A stretch of 44,632 nucleotides of DNA from a phage: the NCBI GenBank assembly GCA_031490075.1, contig GCA_031490075.1_4354.1, one strand, 5' to 3'. Position 1 is the stretch's first letter. Every line of letters starts with the position of its first letter. This document shows, in pieces, positions 16,541 through 26,355 of this stretch. The position numbers and the translations under genes were made by a program. The notes beneath the pieces are model-generated. The model ran no database searches and had not been told where the DNA came from. It worked only from the letters and a program-made list of their open reading frames with translations.

Positions 16541-18875
16541 AACTGTTTGTCAGGGTAGCCACTAATGTCTCAAGCGCTATAATCCTTTTCTCTAACTGAG
16601 CTGCTTTACGTCGCTGTAACGCAGCCTCTAATATCAATACCTCATCATAACGAATACCATACCACTCCCCTGCCGCCGTAGCTTTTGCTAATACTTCCCC
16701 AGATTCCTCATCAATAATTTCCGGAGACGCTTCCCACTTATTGTAGCACAGGAAACCGTACTTAGTCGCGTCCAACCCGTGCCGGGTAAACGCCTCAATT
16801 GCTCGTTGGGCTACTACTCCAAAGTGCCACCTAGCTGCATCCTCCCCCTTCTCTGCAACCCTATCCAGGTACTTATATTGAACTAAATTAACCTCGGCCC
16901 AAGCGTCTAACATAGCGTCAGTTAATTCCAGGGGTAGTGTCTTGGCTCTCTCGTCAGACGTAACCGTAAACGATGTTTGAGTGAATCCGCCGGACAAAGC
17001 GTGACTTGCCGACCCGATAGCGACGGTGTTTGCGCTGGATGGTGTAATAGCCGTCGGGGCTATTTGAATATACGCCGATGCGTCAGAGGCTAAGCGTAAA
17101 TTACCATTAACCAGAGAAATAGTTCGAGAAGTACTATCAGATGTGAGTAATTTTATCTGAGAGGTCGTACCTCCACCAATAGCCAAAGATGTAGCCCCAT
17201 CGGAAATTAGTCTGAATTTATCAGCTGTCACAAAAGGCAATGCAGAAGTATTTATATACTTAGTGAACCACTCAAACCTACCGGACATGGACCCTATGTA
17301 TTGTCCTATAGCGGGGGCGTGTACCACGTTACTGGTGGTAGTACCATCAATGCTAGAGGCCCCGGTTATAGTAGATAGTGAACTAAGAAGACTGTTCTTG
17401 GGTCCAGGGTGCTTTACTTCCACAAAGTTACGGGTAGTCCCTGTCTCTAGTGTAACAACCCCGGAAGCACTATACATAGGGAAAACCGATGCGTAGTTAT
17501 TACTAGCTCCGGCTAAAAACCTAATAGAAGTCGCGGTTTGCGTTTGCTTTAAACTATTAGTTCCGCTGCACCCAACCATTAGAATATTATCAGCGGCATT
17601 ATAGTTGCCTTGTAATGTAACGCCGTGTGCTTGCGTGGCCTCGGAGGAGGAGTAATCAGCTACAACATTTGTCACCAGATTACCTGAACCCTTGCCGGTG
17701 ACCACAGCGGCATACTTAGCGTTATTAGCAACAACATTACTGATAATATTACTGCTAGGGGCATTGGTCGTCTTGGTGCCATTATAAACAACGTGCTGAC
17801 AGCTTTGCCCAATGACGCCACTAACAACATTACATTTAGCATCTGTTTTCAACTCAACCGCCCCGAATTGGGGGTAGTTTCGGGCGATAACATCGTTGAT
17901 TATAGTATTACTTGCGGACTCAAACAGCACGCACCCCGCTGTTTTATTTGTAGCATACCCGGAGTAGTCGCCCCGTATGCCGCTTACAATGTATCCAGAC
18001 GGACCCCCATCATTAGGGTATGCTATTAAACTAAATCCAGTTCCCTTTGCATTTTTAAAATCAATACCTTTAATAGTAACGTCCTGCCCACCGGCGAAGG
18101 AAACCTGATGACCCTGTGTGAGGTCCGTTGCCTTATTTCCTACAATACTCAGGGTGCTAAGTAGCCCTCCTGCAGGTTTATCAAAGATTAAGTGGTTTCC
18201 AGAATCGTTTGATTGTTTTAAAACCCCACCCCCTGTTCCAAATAGAGAGCATGTCGGGTGGGAGAGTAGCGACGTACTATACTCCCCTTGCGGTACAAGC
18301 ACCCCGTTACTAGCTGTAAGCGCTCGGTTAAGGGCGTTTGTGTAATCAGGGTCAGTACCTAAATAGAAGTCCAGAACGGAAACTACTTCTCTATTTTTAT
18401 CGTGTTGCGTCCTGCCGACAGCGTCGGTAAATGGCTGTCGGACGCCGACCATGGCATCACCTAATGTCGCATTGTCTGTGCTGGATAAATCATTGCACAA
18501 ATCCGAGTCAGTCTGCGGCTTCCAGTTAGCGCTACCAACCGGGTTAAACGATGCGGGGACAACAACCGGCAGAGTCCCGGTATACGAGTACCACGTCTTG
18601 CTTACAGGGTCATACACCACTTTGTCGCGGTCATTAGCGGTTAACGTACCACCAGTGGAAAAGTCCCATGACACCGGAGAAAAACCAGCGTCACGCAACA
18701 CGGCTGGTAACGTCTTTTGGGTCTGTCCAGTAACCTGATTTGTCGCGTAATCGATATCAGCGCCACCAGCAACACCGCCGGATTTGCCGGTGATAACCTC
18801 GGCTTCGAAAATCTGGTGTTTCTTGGCGGTCTGTAAATCCGCCAGGCTTAAAACGTCACCGCATCCGCTTGACAT
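16539..18875 (-). CDS. Tailspike/tail fibre with C-terminal intramolecular chaperone (peptidase S74-like) domain
   Basis: 778 aa; Ser/Thr/Gly/Asn-rich central region typical of beta-helix spikes; C-terminal TSDERAK...ARWHFGVVAQRAIE...YGFLCYNKWE matches the self-cleaving chaperone domain of endosialidase-type fibres. Confidence 0.75.
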   Translation of the reverse strand: MSSGCGDVLSLADLQTAKKHQIFEAEVITGKSGGVAGGADIDYATNQVTGQTQKTLPAVLRDAGFSPVSWDFSTGGTLTANDRDKVVYDPVSKTWYSYTGTLPVVVPASFNPVGSANWKPQTDSDLCNDLSSTDNATLGDAMVGVRQPFTDAVGRTQHDKNREVVSVLDFYLGTDPDYTNALNRALTASNGVLVPQGEYSTSLLSHPTCSLFGTGGGVLKQSNDSGNHLIFDKPAGGLLSTLSIVGNKATDLTQGHQVSFAGGQDVTIKGIDFKNAKGTGFSLIAYPNDGGPSGYIVSGIRGDYSGYATNKTAGCVLFESASNTIINDVIARNYPQFGAVELKTDAKCNVVSGVIGQSCQHVVYNGTKTTNAPSSNIISNVVANNAKYAAVVTGKGSGNLVTNVVADYSSSEATQAHGVTLQGNYNAADNILMVGCSGTNSLKQTQTATSIRFLAGASNNYASVFPMYSASGVVTLETGTTRNFVEVKHPGPKNSLLSSLSTITGASSIDGTTTSNVVHAPAIGQYIGSMSGRFEWFTKYINTSALPFVTADKFRLISDGATSLAIGGGTTSQIKLLTSDSTSRTISLVNGNLRLASDASAYIQIAPTAITPSSANTVAIGSASHALSGGFTQTSFTVTSDERAKTLPLELTDAMLDAWAEVNLVQYKYLDRVAEKGEDAARWHFGVVAQRAIEAFTRHGLDATKYGFLCYNKWEASPEIIDEESGEVLAKATAAGEWYGIRYDEVLILEAALQRRKAAQLEKRIIALETLVATLTNS

Positions 18876-18887
18876 ATAGAGTCCTCT

Positions 18888-21455
18888 TTAATTAAAACCA
18901 TTGCTGAATCCGTCGGAGAAACCGCTACCGTATGGAGCGACGCCGTCGTATTTATAGAATCCGTCGTCATAGTTGTAGCCTGTAATCTTGACCGTGCGGT
19001 CGTCGCCCGGGTCGATTGAAGAAACAACTATCTTCTGTGCATTATGCCTTGCTTCGTTGCCGAATGAAAACTCAGTTTTTAGTGCGCTATTCCCCGTGTA
19101 TATTGCTTCCTCCGGCGCGGAGAGCATAATCACTTCGCGGTCGTGGCTTCCTTTGATAACAGAAATACTCTGCACAGAGCCGTCGCGCTTCTTAAGAATG
19201 ATGGAATGGTCATCACCAGGAGTAAACGTAACAGGCTGAGACAGCGTCAGCGTAAGGCCATTGACGGCAACAACATAACCATCCTGCGGCGCGATACGCG
19301 AGCCTTTAACCACACTGATTACGCCGCCGGGAGTAGCGAGAGCGCCTTCTTCGGTAGCTTCGAACTCTACGACAACTTTACTTAACGTGTTGCGCTGGTA
19401 GCGACGCCACGCCAGCCAGTACGCTTGCTGATAGTTACGTACACCCTTCGATTCGTACTCCTCGGTGTTCGCGCCGAGTTCTTCCGGGATATAAATCGTC
19501 TCCTGTACGTTTGTATCCGGGTCAATGTACGAGAACGACAGGCTATCGTAGGTTGTCGAATCGTTGAACGTGCGCGTCCATTTCTCCGTACCGGTAGTTT
19601 TGCTGCGGTGGGTGAAAACCATCTCAGGCCCCGCAACAGGACGGTCGAATCGCAGCATAATATCAGCACCTTTACGGTATGCCGTACAAAACACGGCTTC
19701 CGCGATGGTCTGAACGATGTCTTGCATGGTTGTGTCGTAGTCGTCGAATGTGTAGCAGAACTGCCCGGCTAATTCACTGCCAAAATATGACTCAATCTCT
19801 TCCTGCACCGCAAGTAACTTGTCCATATTTGCCGTTGTCAGTTCCAGATTACCCACCACAGGGTCACGCGCCAGCCTGATTAGCGACTGCACGGCCTGAG
19901 TGTTCGGTGTCATTACCGTATCGAATACGCCGTTACCTAAGTATTTGTAGCACATCTCGGTAGCAATCATGCGCAGTTCCGGTTCTGACACCTCGGCTGC
20001 ACGTGGGGTTTGTTTACGGGCGCAGTGTACGGTAGTACGGTTGCCGTAGTGGGGGGTTGTGTCCAGCGACTGCCCATACAGATTAGTGAAAGTAACCTCG
20101 TCGCTAACAGTACCTTCAAAATCTTTATCGGTGTCCGAAACACGACGCATACGGGCGCGGAATCTGGAAGCAGTTGGTAAACTTCCGTAAAGAGTAATCC
20201 CTGTGTAATCCGTGTTCCGACCTGTTACGGTTCCTCGTACGGTAAATATGTCACCTACAGGCTGTTTCAATTCATCTACCATCTGGTATTGCAGTTCGAC
20301 TGTCACTGAAGCGCGGTTATAGTCGCCGTTGTATTTGTACATGCCGTTGCTGGCAGCCACATTGGCTACAACACGGTCGACGGTTCCGCGGGTGATGTAC
20401 GCCCATTCAGAGAGGGAAGCCGCGTAAGTATCCGCCGGGCCTATAAGATGGTTGCCCTCTTCACCTATAAACCATACAGATGTTCCTAGCTGGTTCCATA
20501 TTGATTGATTTGTACTGACGTCCACAATAAGGGTCGTTTCACTAACAGAAAGAACCGTGTACCTCCCGTCCAGGTTAACCTCATTACCCAAAGACCCTGG
20601 GGTTGTATCTGCATATACGTTATCGAAGTATGCCAGGTCCCCGACCGCCAAAAACTCATCGAAACCAGCGTCATCGCCTACTACAACGCCGGTTGTTCCC
20701 TGCCGCTGGACAGTGTAGTCCTGCACGTCTATAGCGATATCATTAGGGGCGGGAAGAACAGCGCCATCGACATCGGCGTTTTTAAATGTAACGTACAATT
20801 TCTGGTCTATAGGGTCGCCGATATGCAATTGTGGTGTGCTGGTGTTATTCGGCGAAGTGTAAGGAGAATACACCGTCACCGACGAGCCAGTTATCTCGCT
20901 GATTCGGGTATCTGCCTCAGTTACACCGTCTTCCTCAATATGCAGATACCCTCGACCGGCGTCATAGTACGCATATTCAATAAGCGCCCCCGTGGCGTTA
21001 AACACCTTATACGTCTGCATCAGGTCATTGGGTATAGTCTGCACTGTCCCGCAGATGTCATAAGAACGTTCATAAGGACGTGGCTTGTTCGAGCGGTCAG
21101 TAAGACTGTTGTTAGGCGACGTAGCCTGATTGTTGGTAGCGGAATAATTAGCGTTAGCTGCTGTGTTTAGCCCGAACAATTTGGCAATTGGCTTAAGGAT
21201 GAAACTGAATACACTACCGATAGCGTCGCCGATACCACCGCCTGCACCCTCGATAATGTGGTACACGGCGTCCTCGTCTTTGAGCGCATTGAAGTCGTCT
21301 GTTACATCTGTATCATCGCCAATCTCACCGAGATAGACGCGCACAGGCACGCCGTAGGGAATACGGTTAACGACAAACTCCATCGGCATCCCGACGTGTT
21401 TTGTACGGTCGAAAGCGCCTTCAGCGTTTCGCGTGTAGTGCAGGATTATCGCCAA
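18888..21455 (-). CDS. Tail tip / central fibre protein (gpJ-like)
   Basis: 855-aa protein between the tail assembly genes and the tailspike; call is by size and position. Confidence 0.55.
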   Translation of the reverse strand: MAIILHYTRNAEGAFDRTKHVGMPMEFVVNRIPYGVPVRVYLGEIGDDTDVTDDFNALKDEDAVYHIIEGAGGGIGDAIGSVFSFILKPIAKLFGLNTAANANYSATNNQATSPNNSLTDRSNKPRPYERSYDICGTVQTIPNDLMQTYKVFNATGALIEYAYYDAGRGYLHIEEDGVTEADTRISEITGSSVTVYSPYTSPNNTSTPQLHIGDPIDQKLYVTFKNADVDGAVLPAPNDIAIDVQDYTVQRQGTTGVVVGDDAGFDEFLAVGDLAYFDNVYADTTPGSLGNEVNLDGRYTVLSVSETTLIVDVSTNQSIWNQLGTSVWFIGEEGNHLIGPADTYAASLSEWAYITRGTVDRVVANVAASNGMYKYNGDYNRASVTVELQYQMVDELKQPVGDIFTVRGTVTGRNTDYTGITLYGSLPTASRFRARMRRVSDTDKDFEGTVSDEVTFTNLYGQSLDTTPHYGNRTTVHCARKQTPRAAEVSEPELRMIATEMCYKYLGNGVFDTVMTPNTQAVQSLIRLARDPVVGNLELTTANMDKLLAVQEEIESYFGSELAGQFCYTFDDYDTTMQDIVQTIAEAVFCTAYRKGADIMLRFDRPVAGPEMVFTHRSKTTGTEKWTRTFNDSTTYDSLSFSYIDPDTNVQETIYIPEELGANTEEYESKGVRNYQQAYWLAWRRYQRNTLSKVVVEFEATEEGALATPGGVISVVKGSRIAPQDGYVVAVNGLTLTLSQPVTFTPGDDHSIILKKRDGSVQSISVIKGSHDREVIMLSAPEEAIYTGNSALKTEFSFGNEARHNAQKIVVSSIDPGDDRTVKITGYNYDDGFYKYDGVAPYGSGFSDGFSNGFN

Positions 21456-21811
21456 AATTCAATCTCCGTGTACGTGTCTCTGAGGTCCACCAGCCTGTCA
21501 AGCCGTACCTGACGGGATGCAAGCTCGCAATGACTCACCATCCCGTCGAAGTAAACTCCAGCGTGCCACACGATACGACCCCCGCGGCGATAACCCATAA
21601 GCACCGCGCAGAAGTTTTCAGGCTTATCAATTTTTGTAAGCCCCTTCGTGTCACGGTGGCCTTCGTCAAACGCTTCGTTAATTGCCGTTGGGCTTGTAAC
21701 GTCGAACGCAGGGGTTTCTAACCCGGCATCCGCGCGGACAATGCGCACGTGATGCCAGCAATTGCGCTTGCGAAAGTCGTAAGGTATGCCCGTGTAGTCG
21801 TTAATATTCAT
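21446..21811 (-). CDS. Tail assembly protein, NlpC/P60-like signature
   Basis: NCWHHV and later His residues consistent with a Cys/His hydrolase fold; position as in lambda K. Confidence 0.4.
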   Translation of the reverse strand: MNINDYTGIPYDFRKRNCWHHVRIVRADAGLETPAFDVTSPTAINEAFDEGHRDTKGLTKIDKPENFCAVLMGYRRGGRIVWHAGVYFDGMVSHCELASRQVRLDRLVDLRDTYTEIEFWR

Positions 21812-22338
21812 GTGGTCAACAGGCCGCGTAATAACGGTATCTCTTTAGGTGTCATCAGTATACCAGTGCTTCGCTGGTTCAGCATAGGTGTACCAACATC
21901 CGCGGAGAACTCGCCCTTCTCCTGGTTGATGGCCTGCAACTCATACATGACAGGACCGTCAGCCGGATAAGACAGGTCTGTGCTGACGTAACGACGGAAG
22001 ACGAACTTCGGCAACTCGGTGTTACTCATAGGGATTTTATCCATCTCATCGTCAAGTTGATTGAGAATATCCGGTAAAGTAAACGTAGTCGTCTGGTCCA
22101 TATCACTGTTGTTAGCCGCCCCCGACGCCTCCATCGGGGTTGGCTCGAACGTGATAATTTCGCCTGTCTCCAGTGTTGCCGTGAGTTCCTGTAACCCGCG
22201 CACAAGATAGTACGTCTTAGACAGCAACGGGTGGCTGATTTGCAACGTGACGTAGTCCATCTCGCCGTCGGGATTTGAGGCCAGCTTACGGCGATAGGCG
22301 GCTTCTACTGATTCCTGACTCATTGCATAGGGTCCCAA
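21808..22338 (-). CDS. Minor tail protein
   Basis: Position after the tape measure gene; overlapping gene junctions. Confidence 0.45.
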   Translation of the reverse strand: MGPYAMSQESVEAAYRRKLASNPDGEMDYVTLQISHPLLSKTYYLVRGLQELTATLETGEIITFEPTPMEASGAANNSDMDQTTTFTLPDILNQLDDEMDKIPMSNTELPKFVFRRYVSTDLSYPADGPVMYELQAINQEKGEFSADVGTPMLNQRSTGILMTPKEIPLLRGLLTT

Positions 22339-22820
22339 ATTCGTGGAAACGATGATTGTGCGGTCCCGTAGGCTTTAAGGAAACATCCCAGCCCGTCGCC
22401 ATAACAACCATACAAATCCGGCAGATTGTTAATCAGGCACTGGTTCTCAAGGTCCTGGAACGGTGATTTCTCGGCGGTTGCTGTGAAGGTAATTGTCCAG
22501 TTAATCCCGTCTTCGGTGGATTCCGCGATGGTTGACGTAATTGTTACCTGATAATCCTCGATACCCATGCCGAAGTCGTGTGCCATCCAGAAACTTGAAG
22601 CACCGCCGTCGACTTTCTCGAGGAACGACAGAAACGCCTGCCGCCCCATTGCGGATGTAATCAGGGTTACGCTTATCGGAAACACGTCGTAATATGTGTC
22701 ACGGCCCTGACGCACCCCGCCACCGGCTAAATCTACACTCCAGACGTTGTTACGTCTGGTCATTGAGTAGCCTTTCGATACCACCGGCTTAAGGCTACGT
22801 GGGAAATATAAGTCACCCAT
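22320..22820 (-). CDS. Minor tail protein
   Basis: First gene downstream of the tape measure gene on the minus strand. Confidence 0.45.
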   Translation of the reverse strand: MGDLYFPRSLKPVVSKGYSMTRRNNVWSVDLAGGGVRQGRDTYYDVFPISVTLITSAMGRQAFLSFLEKVDGGASSFWMAHDFGMGIEDYQVTITSTIAESTEDGINWTITFTATAEKSPFQDLENQCLINNLPDLYGCYGDGLGCFLKAYGTAQSSFPRIWDPMQ

Positions 22821-22894
22821 TATTAGAACCTCGATAGATTGGATGTTAAGGTCAATGTTACCATGGTGGGAAGCATAGCGTCACCGCGTTTAAG

Positions 22895-22929
22895 TTGCCA
22901 AACAGCGCGTCGTCGAATAGCATGCTATT
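22895..22929 (+). promoter_or_regulatory. Putative promoter with palindrome upstream of the endonuclease gene
   Basis: TTGCCA-N17-TAGCAT with AATAG-N4-CTATT at 22916-22929. Confidence 0.45.
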
Positions 22930-22952
22930 AAAACAAGGCGAGCGAGGTAGGT

Positions 22953-23699
22953 ATGAGCGTTAAAATTGGTTGGGAAGAACGGAAGAAAATGGTCGAGTTA
23001 GATTTAAAGAAACACGGCGGGAAGTACACAATATCCACAAGTTATGACGGTAGTGAGTACATCGACTCGACTAGCAAGATTAGACTTATTTGCCCATCCC
23101 ACGGTGAATTTTCAGCTATAGCCCGTAGCATCTCTGGAGGACATGGGTGTATGAAATGCAGTCGAGAAGCTGCGGCTGCTGCATACCGCAAGAATACAGA
23201 TGCCGTTATTGAGCAAATAAAATCCGCGGATGCTCGATATACGTTCGTTGGTTTTGAAGGCGGCGCGTACCTAAACAAAAACTCCAAAGCGATACGTGCA
23301 TGTAATGACCACGGGTTGTTTGGTACAGGGGTTAATAATATTTTAGTGCACGGGCATGGTTGCCCGTCGTGCGCCAGACACGGCTACGATTCTAACAAAC
23401 CAGGGTACATTTACGGACTTCTTTCTGCATGCGGTAAATATCTTAAAATAGGTATTACTAACAAGTTAAAGCAACGACTTGCTCAACTGGAGCGCTCCAC
23501 TCCATTTGAGTTCCATGTGCTTAGTGTATACCGAGACGCTAATGGTGCTCGTTGCCGTATGTTGGAGCGATACTTTCACCGCGCACACATATCGGCGGAG
23601 CTAAGCAACTTTGACGGGGCCAGTGAGTGGATGGTGGCTAATAGCGAGATAATAGCCGAGTTCACGGAGCTATGTAACGGAAAAGTGCGCAATGAGTGA
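22953..23699 (+). CDS. GIY-YIG / T5orf172-like endonuclease (homing endonuclease-like)
   Basis: PGYIYGL...YLKIGIT...R matches a GIY-(about 10 aa)-YIG core; N-terminal duplicated Cys/His motifs; opposite strand to the surrounding tail genes. Confidence 0.6.
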   Translation: MSVKIGWEERKKMVELDLKKHGGKYTISTSYDGSEYIDSTSKIRLICPSHGEFSAIARSISGGHGCMKCSREAAAAAYRKNTDAVIEQIKSADARYTFVGFEGGAYLNKNSKAIRACNDHGLFGTGVNNILVHGHGCPSCARHGYDSNKPGYIYGLLSACGKYLKIGITNKLKQRLAQLERSTPFEFHVLSVYRDANGARCRMLERYFHRAHISAELSNFDGASEWMVANSEIIAEFTELCNGKVRNE

Positions 23700-23724
23700 A
23701 TTATGGCCCGAAAGGGCCATATTA

Positions 23725-26013
23725 TTACTTGAAACCCGGCGCATTTCTTGTGGCCTTGCGGGCCTTGCTAATCTTACTGTTACTGTTCTGCAAAGAGGCA
23801 GCCACTTGCTCCTCGATGATGATACGCAAACGGCCTTCATCATCCTGCTCGGTGGATACGTTGCCGATTTGCGAACTCGTGTTGTTTACGATGGTAACAT
23901 TAGACGGTCCGGAAGAAGACCCGTTTTGCCCCATAATTTCTTTCATCTGCTGTGCGGTGCGTACACGTGACGCACCAGCGGGCATGATAACTTCTGGTTT
24001 ACCGCGTTCGGCGATGGTTGAAGCCTGCCCCGCGGATAACTGTCCGCCCTGTTCACGTGCGGACCTGATAGCGGAAATCTGCGCCATACCCGCCCCAACG
24101 GCAGCAGCGGCAGCTACAGGAGCCAGGAACGGGCCAACTACAGGGATAGCCGCCGTGGACTTGTACGCCTCGATAGCCGCGGTGTAAGTGGCTATGGTGG
24201 CCTGTACGATAGCGAATGCCTTATACGCACCAGAGGCCTCGCCCAACGCAGACCCGATGTTTGAGGCCATGTTACCGAAGGCGGTTGCCGTTGCGTCGGC
24301 ACGCTTGGTTGCGTATTGCTCATTGATGGCGTTAAGCGCGGCCTGATACTGCTTCTCACTAATAAGACCCTGCTCACGGTACTTATCGGCTACCGCCAGT
24401 TTCTGCTGTTCCTGGATGTCGAGAAGCTCAAGCTCAGTAGCGTTCTGGCCCATAATCTGAGCCATGAAGTCGTCGCCTTTCTGCTTTTTCTCCTGCCGTT
24501 CTTTCTCGCGCTTATCCAATTCATCTTGCCGTTTTTGCCCGGCTTCGAGGACGATAGCTGTTTTAGCTTGTTCATATTCTTTCAGGGACAACGCGCCCTG
24601 GCTGTAGAACTCTTTTGCCTTAGCCAGTTTCTGCTGTTCCTGCGCGTCGATAGCCTTTAACTCGTCGTTGTTCTGACGGGCCAAAGTGTCGAGGTAATCT
24701 TGCGCCTGATTCCGCAATTGCTCTGCTTTCTTGGCGGCGGCTTTTGCTGCTTTATCGTCGGCGTTTCCGGTGCTGCCAGTTCCGCCCTTTTTATTAACAA
24801 GGCTGGCTAAGTCAATTTCTTGCTTCTTACGCTCGTCGTACTGCTTGCGCTGTTCCTCAATTTCTTTCTTACGCTGCTTAGACCTGTCGGTAATGGCTTG
24901 GGATTCGGCCTCTGCACGTTTTATACTGGCGTCGTATGCGGCATCAGCCTCTGCAGTCAGTTTTTTAAATGTGAGCGCCGCCGTTTTGCTCGGGTCAAAC
25001 ACATCAGCAAGGGTCTGGCCTAACGCTACCGCGTAGCCGTCAATGCGCTGGAACCACGCAATAACCTCGTGGAATGTCTGCTGGATATCCGGCAACCACT
25101 CACGGATGGCATCCGGTATATCCCCCAGCGAGTCGGACATATCAACAGATTTGTCCTCGGTATCAAATGCCAGGTCATTCAGGGCATCAGAAATAAACTT
25201 GAACGACTCATTGAACAGTGTCACCCAATCCTGGAGCGTGGCGGAGATCTCATTGGACGCGATGGCGTCGGTGAGTGCGGTGATAGCATCTTCCGCTGTT
25301 GCCGCTTGTTCGCCTACGGCATCGCCAAAACCGGATTGCGCTACTGCAAGAACAAGACCATCGAAAGAGTCCGCCAGGCTGGATAACTGACCGTCTAAGG
25401 TCTTCGAGCGCGTCTCCATCGCCCCAGCGAAATCAGTGTTACCGATGTTTAGCAGGTATTTCTGAATCTCTTCGGAGTTCTTCTTAACAGTAGTCGTTAC
25501 GCCACGGAACGTGAAAGAAACCGTATCCGCCTGTTGCGACGACTTGATGCCGAACTCTTTTAAGCGCTCAAATTCAAATGTACTGGCGTCGGCAACTGCC
25601 TCAATCATCTGATTAAGGTCTTTACCCATAGCAGCCGCGGTGTTGCCGTAGGAGATTAATGCCTCTTTGCTGGGGTTCAGGCCGAGGGCTACAAGTTTAG
25701 TGAAGCCCTCAACCGCCTGGTTAAGCCCGTATGGAGTCTCTTTTGCGAACTGTTGCAGGACGCTGAAAGCCTTAGCCGCGTTCTCGGCGCTCCCAGTCAT
25801 TGTGATGAGGCCGGAGTTCAGTTTATCGAAGTTGCGCTGGGAGTCCACCAGCGCACTGAACACCTGCTTCGCGGTTTCCAGACTGACGACGGCAGCAGCA
25901 GCGGCCCCAGCCGCCTTAGTAAGCCCGTTCAGTTGTGATGTGGTTTTATCGACGCCGGTCGATGATACTCGTACTATCAAGCTAGCGGTATCAGCCATGA
26001 TTTCTACCTTCAA
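23725..26013 (-). CDS. Tail tape measure protein
   Basis: 762 aa, Ala/Gln/Glu-rich coiled-coil composition; position downstream of the chaperone pair. Confidence 0.85.
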   Translation of the reverse strand: MKVEIMADTASLIVRVSSTGVDKTTSQLNGLTKAAGAAAAAVVSLETAKQVFSALVDSQRNFDKLNSGLITMTGSAENAAKAFSVLQQFAKETPYGLNQAVEGFTKLVALGLNPSKEALISYGNTAAAMGKDLNQMIEAVADASTFEFERLKEFGIKSSQQADTVSFTFRGVTTTVKKNSEEIQKYLLNIGNTDFAGAMETRSKTLDGQLSSLADSFDGLVLAVAQSGFGDAVGEQAATAEDAITALTDAIASNEISATLQDWVTLFNESFKFISDALNDLAFDTEDKSVDMSDSLGDIPDAIREWLPDIQQTFHEVIAWFQRIDGYAVALGQTLADVFDPSKTAALTFKKLTAEADAAYDASIKRAEAESQAITDRSKQRKKEIEEQRKQYDERKKQEIDLASLVNKKGGTGSTGNADDKAAKAAAKKAEQLRNQAQDYLDTLARQNNDELKAIDAQEQQKLAKAKEFYSQGALSLKEYEQAKTAIVLEAGQKRQDELDKREKERQEKKQKGDDFMAQIMGQNATELELLDIQEQQKLAVADKYREQGLISEKQYQAALNAINEQYATKRADATATAFGNMASNIGSALGEASGAYKAFAIVQATIATYTAAIEAYKSTAAIPVVGPFLAPVAAAAAVGAGMAQISAIRSAREQGGQLSAGQASTIAERGKPEVIMPAGASRVRTAQQMKEIMGQNGSSSGPSNVTIVNNTSSQIGNVSTEQDDEGRLRIIIEEQVAASLQNSNSKISKARKATRNAPGFK

Positions 26014-26323
26014 AGATTGCTTCTAAGCCCATGATAATGTCTATCTCGAAAAGGCTAAGCTGTTTTTGCGTAACATCGAGATAGGCTTTCAGGTCTTGCC
26101 ACGTAACGGATTCTCTTGCGAACAATACTACAGCGTCCTCGCGCACGTGTCGCGTAAACTTAATGTCACAGTACGTCTCAAAGGTGGATATAAAAAGGGG
26201 CGGGCATTCTGGCCCACCCCGTCGCGCTGCACGTTTTTTCTTATCGATTACACCCATCGCGATAAGCGCCTGTTCGTGTCCGTCGGCTATAGAATCAAAC
26301 TCTCTGATTTTATGCTTATCCAC
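25991..26323 (-). CDS. Tail assembly chaperone, downstream frame (possible frameshift extension)
   Basis: Open frame is -1 relative to 26356..26775 and stays open across the junction; the only start in the track is a GTG. Confidence 0.5.
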   Translation of the reverse strand: MDKHKIREFDSIADGHEQALIAMGVIDKKKRAARRGGPECPPLFISTFETYCDIKFTRHVREDAVVLFARESVTWQDLKAYLDVTQKQLSLFEIDIIMGLEAIFEGRNHG

Positions 26324-26355
26324 AAACTCGTAGGTGGCGAACCTGTACAGCGCGT

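Noticed and set aside
16539-18875. Endosialidase (K1 capsule depolymerase) identity for the tailspike
   Set aside because: The C-terminal chaperone domain is shared with endosialidases, but I found no canonical Asp-box motifs in the central region, so the specific enzymatic call is not supported.
24316-25487. Several plus-strand ORFs inside the tape measure gene
   Set aside because: Antisense to a long repetitive coiled-coil gene, where spurious open frames are expected; no start signals seen.
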